A stretch of DNA of 64,000 bases from Gammaproteobacteria bacterium (lineage in GTDB: Bacteria; Pseudomonadota; Gammaproteobacteria; Pseudomonadales; Azotimanducaceae): NCBI GenBank assembly GCA_009841615.1, contig VXLL01000027.1:1223-65222 (forward strand), in the 5' to 3' direction. Shown in pieces: positions 56,590 to 64,000 of the stretch. A program made the position numbers and the translations under genes. The notes beneath the pieces are model-generated. The model made no database searches. It was given only the letters and a program-made list of their open reading frames with translations, and was not told where the DNA came from. How positions within the stretch are numbered: position 1 is the stretch's first letter; every line of letters begins with the position of its first letter.

Positions 56590-58090
56590 CGAACACCAAC
56601 CGGTGGTTCTGCAACCGGTTCAACCTAAGCTCGCGGGTAGTACAAGTACCAAGCGCTTTCGCTTTGTAAAACCAAACCGCAGCCAGCTTAATATGCTGGC
56701 TGTGCTTACTCTACTAGGCATCGCTATCGCCTTTTGGTTTTTAGCACCAAGAGATTGGATTACACCAAACAACGATAGCTTGTCGACCGCGAACAATGGA
56801 AGTCTTCGCGACAGGAGTAATCAAACAACTGGCGAACCGACCACTCCTTTTAAAGATGCGCAACAAGAACGCGCGCGTGAAGCTGCACAGACCGTCTTCG
56901 ATGAGTTTGTCCAGTATCAAGACGAAATAGAGAGAAATCAATATGGGACAGAGGAGCACTCAGAGCGGGAGAGCGCAATCTACGAACGCGCGAACAAAGC
57001 CGATTTACTGTTTTCTGAACGACGGTTTGATGAAGCCATTAGTGAGTATGAACAAGCATTACAAGATATAAAGCAACTGCTTGACGACATGAACACTGAA
57101 TTTAACCATTGGGTTGAACAAGGTACAGAAGCTCTGCAGGATCGAGATTTCGAGATTTCATTGGAAGCGTGGTCGCGCGCTCAGGCGATTAAACCACTGG
57201 ATCAAGACGTGCAAGCTAAATTAGCTCGGGTGCAACTATTACCCAAAGTTAACGAACTCATCCGCGAGAGTGAACGGGCAAGGATAAAGGAAGACTGGGT
57301 TCAAGCGCTTGAGCATCTGAATGAAGTCACGAAACTCGATCCCCTTACACTTGGGATAACAGACCTGAGCGAACAAATCTTAGAACGCATTAAATCTCAA
57401 GATCTCAAAGATGCACTCACTGACGGTCATGAGCAATTAGCCGGCAGCAACTTCGATTCTGCGGAACAAATATTCGAAGAAATTCTCGTGGATTATCCCG
57501 AAAATACCGCGGCCCAAACCGGTTTGCAACAAGTTGAAAGAGCACGACTAGCCGCGAAAATAGAAGCCTTAAAAGTTGAGGCACGAGAAAAAGAAGACCA
57601 ACTAGATATGCGCGGTGCGCTGAAAATTTACGATGAAGCTTTAGCTCTCGATGACTCGTTGCAATTTGCTGTTGAGGGTAGAGAGAGAGTGTTTGAAATA
57701 ATCTCTGTCGTGAACGACATGAATGACACATTGCAGGATCCACATTCCTTATCTGCGGATGACGCTTACGAAGAAGCGAAAGAAACCTTAGAAACTGCAC
57801 AGAGTCATCGTGGTCATAGCGGAGAATATGATAAGTTGTTACAGAGCTTCGCTGACTTGGTGAGCTATGCAGGGACACTTCTTCCGGTAGTATTGATCTC
57901 AGATGAGATGACTGAAGTAACTCTTACTACCAGGCAGCGTATCGGATCTTTTAAGCGACATGAGTTGATGCTACGACCGGGCCGTTACACGCTACACGGG
58001 ACCCGGGACGGGTGGGTCGACATTCGTAAACCTTTCATCGTTGAACAAGACATGGATCCGGTGTCGATCTTTTGTGAAGAACAAATCTAA
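56537..58090 (+). CDS. Bitopic membrane protein with TPR-like/coiled-coil repeats and a PEGA-like C-terminal beta domain
   Basis: TM anchor LNMLAVLTLLGIAIAFWFLAP. Repeated helical units follow (AISEYEQALQDIKQL, LEAWSRAQAIKPLDQDVQAKLA, ALEHLNEVTKLDP, AEQIFEEILVDYPENTAAQTGL). The C-terminus is ...MLRPGRYTLHGTRDGWVDIRKPFIV. The start is uncertain: ATG 56537 overlaps the upstream gene by 53 nt, and GTG 56603 is the alternative. Confidence 0.55.
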   Translation: MNQLETKPLTNSSRTPNDEHQPVVLQPVQPKLAGSTSTKRFRFVKPNRSQLNMLAVLTLLGIAIAFWFLAPRDWITPNNDSLSTANNGSLRDRSNQTTGEPTTPFKDAQQERAREAAQTVFDEFVQYQDEIERNQYGTEEHSERESAIYERANKADLLFSERRFDEAISEYEQALQDIKQLLDDMNTEFNHWVEQGTEALQDRDFEISLEAWSRAQAIKPLDQDVQAKLARVQLLPKVNELIRESERARIKEDWVQALEHLNEVTKLDPLTLGITDLSEQILERIKSQDLKDALTDGHEQLAGSNFDSAEQIFEEILVDYPENTAAQTGLQQVERARLAAKIEALKVEAREKEDQLDMRGALKIYDEALALDDSLQFAVEGRERVFEIISVVNDMNDTLQDPHSLSADDAYEEAKETLETAQSHRGHSGEYDKLLQSFADLVSYAGTLLPVVLISDEMTEVTLTTRQRIGSFKRHELMLRPGRYTLHGTRDGWVDIRKPFIVEQDMDPVSIFCEEQI

Positions 58091-58103
58091 AGGCATTTAG
58101 ACT

Positions 58104-60170
58104 ATGACTGATGGCGGTGTCCAAAACACTTTACTACAACCTGATGTCTTTGAACCTTCCCGATCTCGTCCCCCCCGTCGTACTCGAATAGTCTCTTGGG
58201 TTCAGGTAATCGCCGCGGTCCTCACGCTCTTTGTAGTTTTCGCCCTTTGGTTTGTTCTTACCGCCAAGTCGGTAAAACTCGAACCCAATGTTGTAGACGC
58301 AGAAATCAAAATTCTCGACGGATTACGGTTGAATACAGGAGAACGTTACTTACTCCGGCCAGGTGAGTACCGAGTAAGCGGTCAAGCGTCCGGTTATTAC
58401 GAAGTAGATGAAATCATTGAAGTCGGGCGACAAAGCCAGCAAACAATTCCCATAAATTTTGAGCGTTTACCGGGTTTGGTACACATCACTGCATCGCCAG
58501 TCGATGCTACAGTCTCGTTGAACGGAGCTCCACTAGGACAGGCACCGATTTCGCACGATGTCCCTGCGGGACCAGCGACGCTTTTATTTTCAGCACCGCG
58601 ATATCAAAGTGACACTATCACTTTCGATGTGGAAGGTATGGCTCGCGAACAGAGCCAACACCTCGACTTAAAACCAAATTGGGGCGATATCACAATCCCC
58701 ACTCAACCTGAAGGGGCGACCATCCTAGTCGACGGTAAAGACTCTGGTTTCACGACACCCGGTCCTGCAGAAATATTGGCTGGAGAGCACGAAATATCAG
58801 TCAAACTCCAAGGTTACGCGCTGTGGACGGATCTAATTTTCGTGACAGCCGGCGAACAGCGTACATTGGACCCTGTCCAGCTACACCCGGTGCAAGGAAA
58901 AATTTCGATTGTTTCAACGCCTCCTTCTGCGAGTGTCACGATCAATGGTAAATTTCAAGGTACGACTCCACTACCTGATGTACAAGTGGAACCAAATGCA
59001 GACTTACAAGTCGAAGTGTTACTTGCAGGTTATCACGTCGATAAACGAACTATTTCCTTGAACCCAGGACAAGAAACTAATCTGACGATCAAATTGGAAG
59101 AAGAGACTGGTGAAGTAGTAATGATTACAGATCCTGAAGACGTCGAGTTTTATATAGATGGTAAGCGCGTCCAACTACCAGAGGATCGAAAGATTACACT
59201 ACACGCTATCAATCATCATTTTGAAGTTAAAAAGGAAGGTTATGCTGGATGGGCAGGGGAAATTTCAGTGCAACCAGGACAAGCTCAAGTAAAGAGAATT
59301 CGTCTACTTACCGAAGCCGAAGCTGAAATTAAATATTTGGAACAGAACCGTACCACCGTTGACGGACAGGAACTCGTGCTCTTGCAACCCACGCCGATCC
59401 GAATGGGGGCTTCGAGATCACAACCTGGAAGACGAGCAAATGAGCCCTTTCGTACTACGAATCTCAATCGAATGTACTATCTGGGCAAGTATGAAGTCAC
59501 CAATGAAGACTTTCGCAAATTTATTCCTGTACATGACTCAGAAGACTACCACGGCCACAATTTGAACAAAGACCAACAACCTGTCGTAAACGTCACTTGG
59601 AATGAGGCAGCATTGTACTGTAATTACTTATCAGAGAAACAGGGGTTAGAACCGTTTTACGAAGTGCGCGGTGCTAAGGTCGTTGGTTATAGACCTGATT
59701 CCATTGGGTATCGACTACCGTCGGAGGCAGAGTGGAGCTGGGCAGCACGGCATATGGAAGGTCAAGCCGAACTGATGCACTTCCCTTGGGGTACGGATTT
59801 TCCGCCTCCAGAAGATCGCGTGGGCAACTTTGCTGACGCAGCCGCACAGCATGTAGTGGGCCGGATCATCTTTGAATACAACGACAATTTCACCGTGTCC
59901 GCGGAAGTAGGTTCATTTCGTCCAAATTCTAAGGGTATTCACGACCTAGGTGGTAACGTTGCAGAATGGGTACATGATTTTTATGACATTCCGGCAGTAA
60001 ACAGCACCGTCGACAACTTAGGACCGAGCCAAGGACAATATCGAGTGATGCGAGGTTCAAGTTACTTAGATGGCACCATCACTCCCTTACGATTGTCATA
60101 TCGCAATTATGGGACCGACGGAAGTGCATATGTGGGGTTCAGAATTGCTCGTTACGCGAAAAAGGAGTAG
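58104..60170 (+). CDS. Bitopic membrane protein with multiple PEGA-like domains and a C-terminal FGE-sulfatase (SUMF1-like) domain lacking the catalytic Cys pair
   Basis: TM anchor VSWVQVIAAVLTLFVVFALWFVLTA. PEGA-like repeats are present (HITASPVDATVSLNGAPLGQAP...; ITIPTQPEGATILVDGKDSGFTTP...AGEHEISVKLQGY; ISIVSTPPSASVTINGKFQGTTP...; VMITDPEDVEFYIDGKRV...). FGE-domain motifs are VTWNEAALYCNYLSEKQG, YRLPSEAEWSWAAR, GNVAEWVHDFY, RVMRGSSY and GFRIARY. Confidence 0.7.
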   Translation: MTDGGVQNTLLQPDVFEPSRSRPPRRTRIVSWVQVIAAVLTLFVVFALWFVLTAKSVKLEPNVVDAEIKILDGLRLNTGERYLLRPGEYRVSGQASGYYEVDEIIEVGRQSQQTIPINFERLPGLVHITASPVDATVSLNGAPLGQAPISHDVPAGPATLLFSAPRYQSDTITFDVEGMAREQSQHLDLKPNWGDITIPTQPEGATILVDGKDSGFTTPGPAEILAGEHEISVKLQGYALWTDLIFVTAGEQRTLDPVQLHPVQGKISIVSTPPSASVTINGKFQGTTPLPDVQVEPNADLQVEVLLAGYHVDKRTISLNPGQETNLTIKLEEETGEVVMITDPEDVEFYIDGKRVQLPEDRKITLHAINHHFEVKKEGYAGWAGEISVQPGQAQVKRIRLLTEAEAEIKYLEQNRTTVDGQELVLLQPTPIRMGASRSQPGRRANEPFRTTNLNRMYYLGKYEVTNEDFRKFIPVHDSEDYHGHNLNKDQQPVVNVTWNEAALYCNYLSEKQGLEPFYEVRGAKVVGYRPDSIGYRLPSEAEWSWAARHMEGQAELMHFPWGTDFPPPEDRVGNFADAAAQHVVGRIIFEYNDNFTVSAEVGSFRPNSKGIHDLGGNVAEWVHDFYDIPAVNSTVDNLGPSQGQYRVMRGSSYLDGTITPLRLSYRNYGTDGSAYVGFRIARYAKKE

Positions 60171-60171
60171 G

Positions 60172-60576
60172 GTGCAAGCTACACACTCCAAGCCCGCCAA
60201 CACGCCTACATTGATACTTAGGATAGCAATGATCCTCGCTGTTCTAGTGTTTGGCTATCACTGTATTGGACAAGAAGATAACGTTGAAGAATCTGAGACG
60301 ACCGAACCGGCTGATAGTGTCTCGGAAGAAACTCCCGAAGACACAGCAGCAGAGGAATCCGAAAACGACTTAGATGATTCCGAAAACAGCACATCCCAGA
60401 GTTCTGAAGAGGACTCAAGCTCTACCCAAGACATCAATTCAGAAGAAGAGACGACTAACGAAGATACCCCCAGCACTGAAGACACGGAAGAGTCGGTTGA
60501 CGCTGACTATGAAGATTTCGTTCCCACGGAAAATTTATCGGAAGACGTAGATATACCTTTTCCCGTTGATATTTGA
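60172..60576 (+). CDS. Small secreted, extremely acidic (D/E/S/T-rich) protein
   Basis: The hydrophobic signal-like segment ILRIAMILAVLVFGYHCIGQ is followed by about 100 aa dominated by E, D, S and T. The start is GTG 60172 (directly after the upstream stop) or ATG 60229. The longer ORF from 60070 overlaps the upstream gene. Confidence 0.5.
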   Translation: MQATHSKPANTPTLILRIAMILAVLVFGYHCIGQEDNVEESETTEPADSVSEETPEDTAAEESENDLDDSENSTSQSSEEDSSSTQDINSEEETTNEDTPSTEDTEESVDADYEDFVPTENLSEDVDIPFPVDI

Positions 60577-60591
60577 TACTAAGGACCTAGT

Positions 60592-61395
60592 TTGACTAAA
60601 CGCTTTACCACCAACTTCTTTACGCAACTGTTAGCACTGGTTGTGGCAATATTGCTCGTACATACGATGTACGAAACTTTGATTCGGCCTAAAGCTAACG
60701 CAATTCTTGAAGAGCGCAAGGAAGCCATTGAGAATGAAGTAGAGGGATACGAGATTAAGCGGTCAGTGTACGTTACTCTCAAAGATTATGAGCAAGAAAT
60801 TTGTTTCATTCTCATGTTCTGGGCGTTTGCCATCATGATTACGAAGGGGATTAGCGTACGGGGGCAACATCGTCTCACCAAGCAGGAATTGGTGAAGATC
60901 GTGGAGGGCACAAGCGTGTTGCCAGAAGATGCTCGCGTGTATATGCGATCAATTCAGTCGCTACCGCAAAAAGCCCAAGATTCGTTACTCCCTCGAGCAG
61001 CCATGACCGCGTTGCAGCGTTTTGAATCTACTCAAGAGATTCAACATGCTTCCGAAGCGGTGCGGACGGTATGCGAAGGCGAGGCAGATAGATTAGATAG
61101 CGAGCTCGCCATGATTCGGTACATTTCTTGGGCTATTCCGTCCATTGGGTTCATCGGAACCGTACGTGGTATCGGAGGAGCACTCGGTCTCGCTCATGAA
61201 GTGTTCCAACAAGGAACGATTACAGGAGTTACCGAAAACTTGGGTATTGCGTTCAATTCAACACTTGTCGCCCTAGTGATCAGTATTGTGATTATGTTCT
61301 TCGTGCATCAACTTCAACGATACCAAGAAGAGATGGTAATCGACATCGAGTCATGGTGCGACGACAACTTGCTTCGACATCTACAGGTACGCTAA
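60592..61395 (+). CDS. MotA/TolQ/ExbB-family proton-channel protein
   Basis: Two N-terminal TM helices, a cytoplasmic helical insert, then the family signature region IRYISWAIPSIGFIGTVRGIGGALG...GVTENLGIAFNSTLVALVISIVIMFFVHQL. Confidence 0.75.
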   Translation: MTKRFTTNFFTQLLALVVAILLVHTMYETLIRPKANAILEERKEAIENEVEGYEIKRSVYVTLKDYEQEICFILMFWAFAIMITKGISVRGQHRLTKQELVKIVEGTSVLPEDARVYMRSIQSLPQKAQDSLLPRAAMTALQRFESTQEIQHASEAVRTVCEGEADRLDSELAMIRYISWAIPSIGFIGTVRGIGGALGLAHEVFQQGTITGVTENLGIAFNSTLVALVISIVIMFFVHQLQRYQEEMVIDIESWCDDNLLRHLQVR

Positions 61396-61396
61396 C

Positions 61397-62677
61397 ATGT
61401 GGATTCTAGAACTCGACGATACAGAAATCCGCCTATGTAAGGACGGCGAAGTCGTCATTACAGAACCCGGCATTGCTTGGGCAGAAGTTAAAGAACTAAA
61501 GTTCGGTGAGGCGGCATTGAGGGTTGCTAAGCTTTATCCCGCCCGAGTTCATACGCAGTATTGGAATCTAATGGATCAAAGTCACGTTGAACCCAAAGGA
61601 TTTGCTGTTGAGACTCAGGCCGACCTGGTCTATCAACAATTGCTTCACATCAAAGCACAAGCGAAGCTTGGGGACAAGGATGAAGTCTTAATCGTAGTAC
61701 CAAGCGACCGTACTGAGCAACAATTAAGGCTACTGTATGGAATAATATTGAAAGCAGGCTATAACGTTGTTGATTTTGTTGACTTGGGAGTCGCGGGCGC
61801 ACTTGCATCTGAAGGTCATGGTGCCCTTGCGTATGTCAGCGTCGGCATGCAACGTACCGTAATCACGCATCTAAAAGCTTCTGACAGAGTTGTGAGAGAA
61901 AAGGTGTCCGTAACACCGCAACTAGGTGTCTTACCGTTATGCAACACATGGATTCGTATGGTAGCGGAAAAGTTTCTAGCGAGTTCTCGATTTGACCCAC
62001 GTAAATTCGCGGAAACCGAGCAGCAAATTTTCGATCAAATTCTAGTGTTTGTTCAATCTCCTAAAAACAATACTGCCATCGAAACTGAGTACCGTGGCTT
62101 TACGCGTCAAGTAGAGATTTCTAAAGCTGAAGTTATAGAGGTCGCGAAAGACCGATATGCATCCGTGCTCAGTCGCATCAACACGGAAGAAGACCTTGTG
62201 TTATCGAACACAACGCATACGCTACCTGGACTGACCGAAGCGCTGACTCAGAACGGACGCAAGTATTTTGTCAGTACGTTTCAAAGTGTGGTCGACGAGC
62301 TTACGGCTTCCTTAGGTGATGATTTAGCTACTGGTCAGTGCACGTTACATACTAGCTTAACCAAGCAAGGGACAAGCGCCCCATTTGTCGAAAAACACAA
62401 CGATACACTCGCTGAGACTCCAGTGCATCCTACACATATACTGCACCAAGCAACTGCTTATCCGATTGGGTCAGAGTTTACCGTTAATAGTGGTGAGTTA
62501 GACGAATCTCTGCTGTTCACGCTGGAACACCGTTCTCGAGGTACGGCGTTAAAGATTGGTACTTCGGCACCGATCTCGGTAAATGGCGCGAGAGTACATT
62601 CCGAACAAATTGTTCAACCGGGTGATCGTATTTCTGTGCTTGATCGCAACTATGAATTGATCATGGTTCAAGGTTGA
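61397..62677 (+). CDS. Soluble protein with a degenerate Hsp70/actin-fold-like N-terminal domain and an FHA-like C-terminal domain
   Basis: VLIVVPSDRTEQQLRLLYGIILKAGYNVVDFVDLGVAGALA parallels the Hsp70 sequence VITVPAYFND.QRQATKDAG.IAGL.V.RIINEPTAAALA. The phosphate-binding motifs are not conserved (WILELDDTEIRL, YVSVGMQRTVIT). The C-terminus ...LKIGTSAPISVNGARVHSEQIVQPGDRISVLDRNYELIMV is FHA-like. Confidence 0.45.
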   Translation: MWILELDDTEIRLCKDGEVVITEPGIAWAEVKELKFGEAALRVAKLYPARVHTQYWNLMDQSHVEPKGFAVETQADLVYQQLLHIKAQAKLGDKDEVLIVVPSDRTEQQLRLLYGIILKAGYNVVDFVDLGVAGALASEGHGALAYVSVGMQRTVITHLKASDRVVREKVSVTPQLGVLPLCNTWIRMVAEKFLASSRFDPRKFAETEQQIFDQILVFVQSPKNNTAIETEYRGFTRQVEISKAEVIEVAKDRYASVLSRINTEEDLVLSNTTHTLPGLTEALTQNGRKYFVSTFQSVVDELTASLGDDLATGQCTLHTSLTKQGTSAPFVEKHNDTLAETPVHPTHILHQATAYPIGSEFTVNSGELDESLLFTLEHRSRGTALKIGTSAPISVNGARVHSEQIVQPGDRISVLDRNYELIMVQG

Positions 62678-62681
62678 AGAA

Positions 62682-63773
62682 GTGAAACGTCCTCGCAAAC
62701 GTCAGATCAGCGTTTTTCTGTTGTCGTTTCTCGACATCATGGCGGGCGGCTTCGGCGCGGTGGTGCTCATATTTTTGATCATAGACCACAACACAATGGA
62801 AGTAATCGAATCAGCGAATCAAGATCAGCTTGCTGAGGTTCGCTTGTTGGACATGAGGAAAGAAGAGGGCGAAAAGGATTTAGCTGTGCTACGTGAAAAA
62901 GTCGCCCAGTTGAAGCTTGAGATTGCGGATGCAAGAGAAAAGATCGAGAACATCCAACTAGAGGTGGATGAAAAAGAAGAAGAAGTTAAAGAAGTCGAAC
63001 GCCAGGCCCTAGATCAGAGCGAAACTGAAAAGAAATTACAGAGCGAGATCGAAACAAAAGAAGAGGAACTTGAAGATATCAAACAGAATCTCGACGATGT
63101 GCGACCAGATGTTTTGGAAATCGCTGGCGCAGGCGATCGACAATACCTCACAGGTCTATTCTTGGGCGGGAACCGCATTCTGATAGCAGTGGACAATTCT
63201 GCCAGTATGCTGCACAACAATATCGTTAATGTCGCAATACTACGAAACAGGGAAAAAGAAGCACAATTACAGTCGAAGAAATGGATCCGAGCTATTGATT
63301 CCGTTGAATGGTTTGTAGCCAAGGCACCTATTTCAAGTCAGTTGCAGATCGCGACTTTTAACACTGAAGCAAAGTTGATCGTCGACGATGGTGATTGGCA
63401 TGATGCGACAGATGCACAAGCATTGCAAGACGCGATCAAGGTCTTACGCGAGACACCACCTGCTCATGGTACGGATCTCAAAGGTTTGTTCGAACTGATT
63501 GCGAAAATGAGTCCTATACCTGACAACGTGTTTCTTATTACCGACGGGTTTCCCACAACAGATGACAGTAATGCCAGTAGACGCCGAACGACGATCGATG
63601 GACAAGCTCGGTTCGAATTGTTTCGGCGAGCGATGAGGGAACTTCCGTCAGGGATTACAGTAAATTCGATCCTACTTCCCTTTGAGGGAGATCCGTTGGC
63701 GGCGGGTGCCTATTGGACTCTGTCGCACAATACTGGAGGGACCTTCATGACTCCGTCGAAGGACTGGCCATGA
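62682..63773 (+). CDS. ExbD/TolR-like TM anchor (conserved Asp) fused to a coiled coil and a vWA domain with an intact MIDAS motif
   Basis: The N-terminus KRQISVFLLSFLDIMAGGFGAVVLIFLII resembles the ExbD/TolR pattern (I..TPLIDV..VLLIFF) and includes an Asp (codon at 62733-62735). A coiled coil of roughly 100 aa follows. The vWA motifs are ILIAVDNSASM (DxSxS at 63192-63206), AHGTDL and VFLITDGFPT. Confidence 0.65.
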   Translation: MKRPRKRQISVFLLSFLDIMAGGFGAVVLIFLIIDHNTMEVIESANQDQLAEVRLLDMRKEEGEKDLAVLREKVAQLKLEIADAREKIENIQLEVDEKEEEVKEVERQALDQSETEKKLQSEIETKEEELEDIKQNLDDVRPDVLEIAGAGDRQYLTGLFLGGNRILIAVDNSASMLHNNIVNVAILRNREKEAQLQSKKWIRAIDSVEWFVAKAPISSQLQIATFNTEAKLIVDDGDWHDATDAQALQDAIKVLRETPPAHGTDLKGLFELIAKMSPIPDNVFLITDGFPTTDDSNASRRRTTIDGQARFELFRRAMRELPSGITVNSILLPFEGDPLAAGAYWTLSHNTGGTFMTPSKDWP

Positions 63774-64000
63774 GACGAGCGCGCGAAGGAAGCGAAATTA
63801 GCTTAGCTTTTCTTGACGTGATCTGTTGCGGATTTGGGGCAATCATTCTATTACTAATGATCACCAAGCAGAATTTGCCAACCATACTTGAACCCTCCCT
63901 AGAAGACATTGTGGCTGAGCTCGCAAAGCGGCAGGAGGCGATTAATGAAATTTTGGGTGAAACCGAAAGACTCGAACGCACCAAAGTCGAGACCGAAGCC
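63770..64000 (+). CDS. Second ExbD/TolR-like TM-anchor protein (paralog of 62682-63773), 3'-truncated by the window edge
   Basis: This ORF is not in the ORF track because it is open at the window end. ATG 63770 overlaps the upstream stop (ATGA). The translation is MRRAREGSEISLAFLDVICCGFGAIILLLMITKQ...AELAKRQEAINEILGETERLERTKVETEA. It shows the same Asp-containing TM motif (Asp codon 63815-63817) followed by a coiled coil. Confidence 0.6.
   Translation, partial: MRRAREGSEISLAFLDVICCGFGAIILLLMITKQNLPTILEPSLEDIVAELAKRQEAINEILGETERLERTKVETEA

Noticed and set aside
60070-60171. Upstream part of the 168-aa ORF overlapping the end of the PEGA/FGE gene.
   Set aside because: The overlap lies within a well-supported FGE domain in another frame. 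The signal-like segment starts after GTG 60172 or ATG 60229.

Overview
This 64-kb window looks like a chromosomal segment of a gammaproteobacterium. That call rests on gene content and synteny: hflC-purA, rnr-rlmB, rpsF-rpsR-rplI-dnaB, radA, glyA, ribD/nusB-thiL-pgpA, xseB-ispA, ssrA, pdxJ, ygfZ/sdhE, nadB divergent from rpoE-rseABC, lepA, alaA, tusA. All homology calls come from reading the translated ORFs by eye and recognising motifs; no database search was run. I support about 57 protein-coding genes, one tRNA-Leu(CAG), one tmRNA, two copies of a roughly 209-bp MITE-like element, one short coding tandem repeat, two intrinsic terminators and one tentative sigma-E promoter. I saw no rRNA, CRISPR array, transposase or integrase. 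Most of the window is housekeeping. The non-core parts are listed here. (1) The best candidate for an undescribed system is a ten-gene, tightly coupled plus-strand operon running from 52.8 kb to past the window end. It is built around a MotA/ExbB-type channel protein. Its partner proteins carry an ExbD/TolR-like Asp-containing TM anchor fused to a coiled coil and a vWA domain with an intact MIDAS motif. The operon also encodes a degenerate Hsp70-like protein with an FHA-like C-terminus, a PEGA-repeat/pseudo-FGE protein, a TPR/TonB_C protein and two extremely acidic secreted proteins. (2) Two tandem paralogs each consist of a signal peptide plus 4-5 TonB C-terminal domains, with a relic of a third copy between them. 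(3) An autotransporter-like outer-membrane protein has a passenger made of two Cache-like modules. (4) A TonB-dependent receptor sits next to a 1154-aa polytopic protein whose last codons and stop lie inside the tmRNA 3' end. (5) A roughly 5-kb insertion between rseC and lepA carries a SAM methyltransferase and a PD-(D/E)XK-like protein. (6) The MITE-like element has 17-bp terminal inverted repeats and 6-bp flanking direct repeats.
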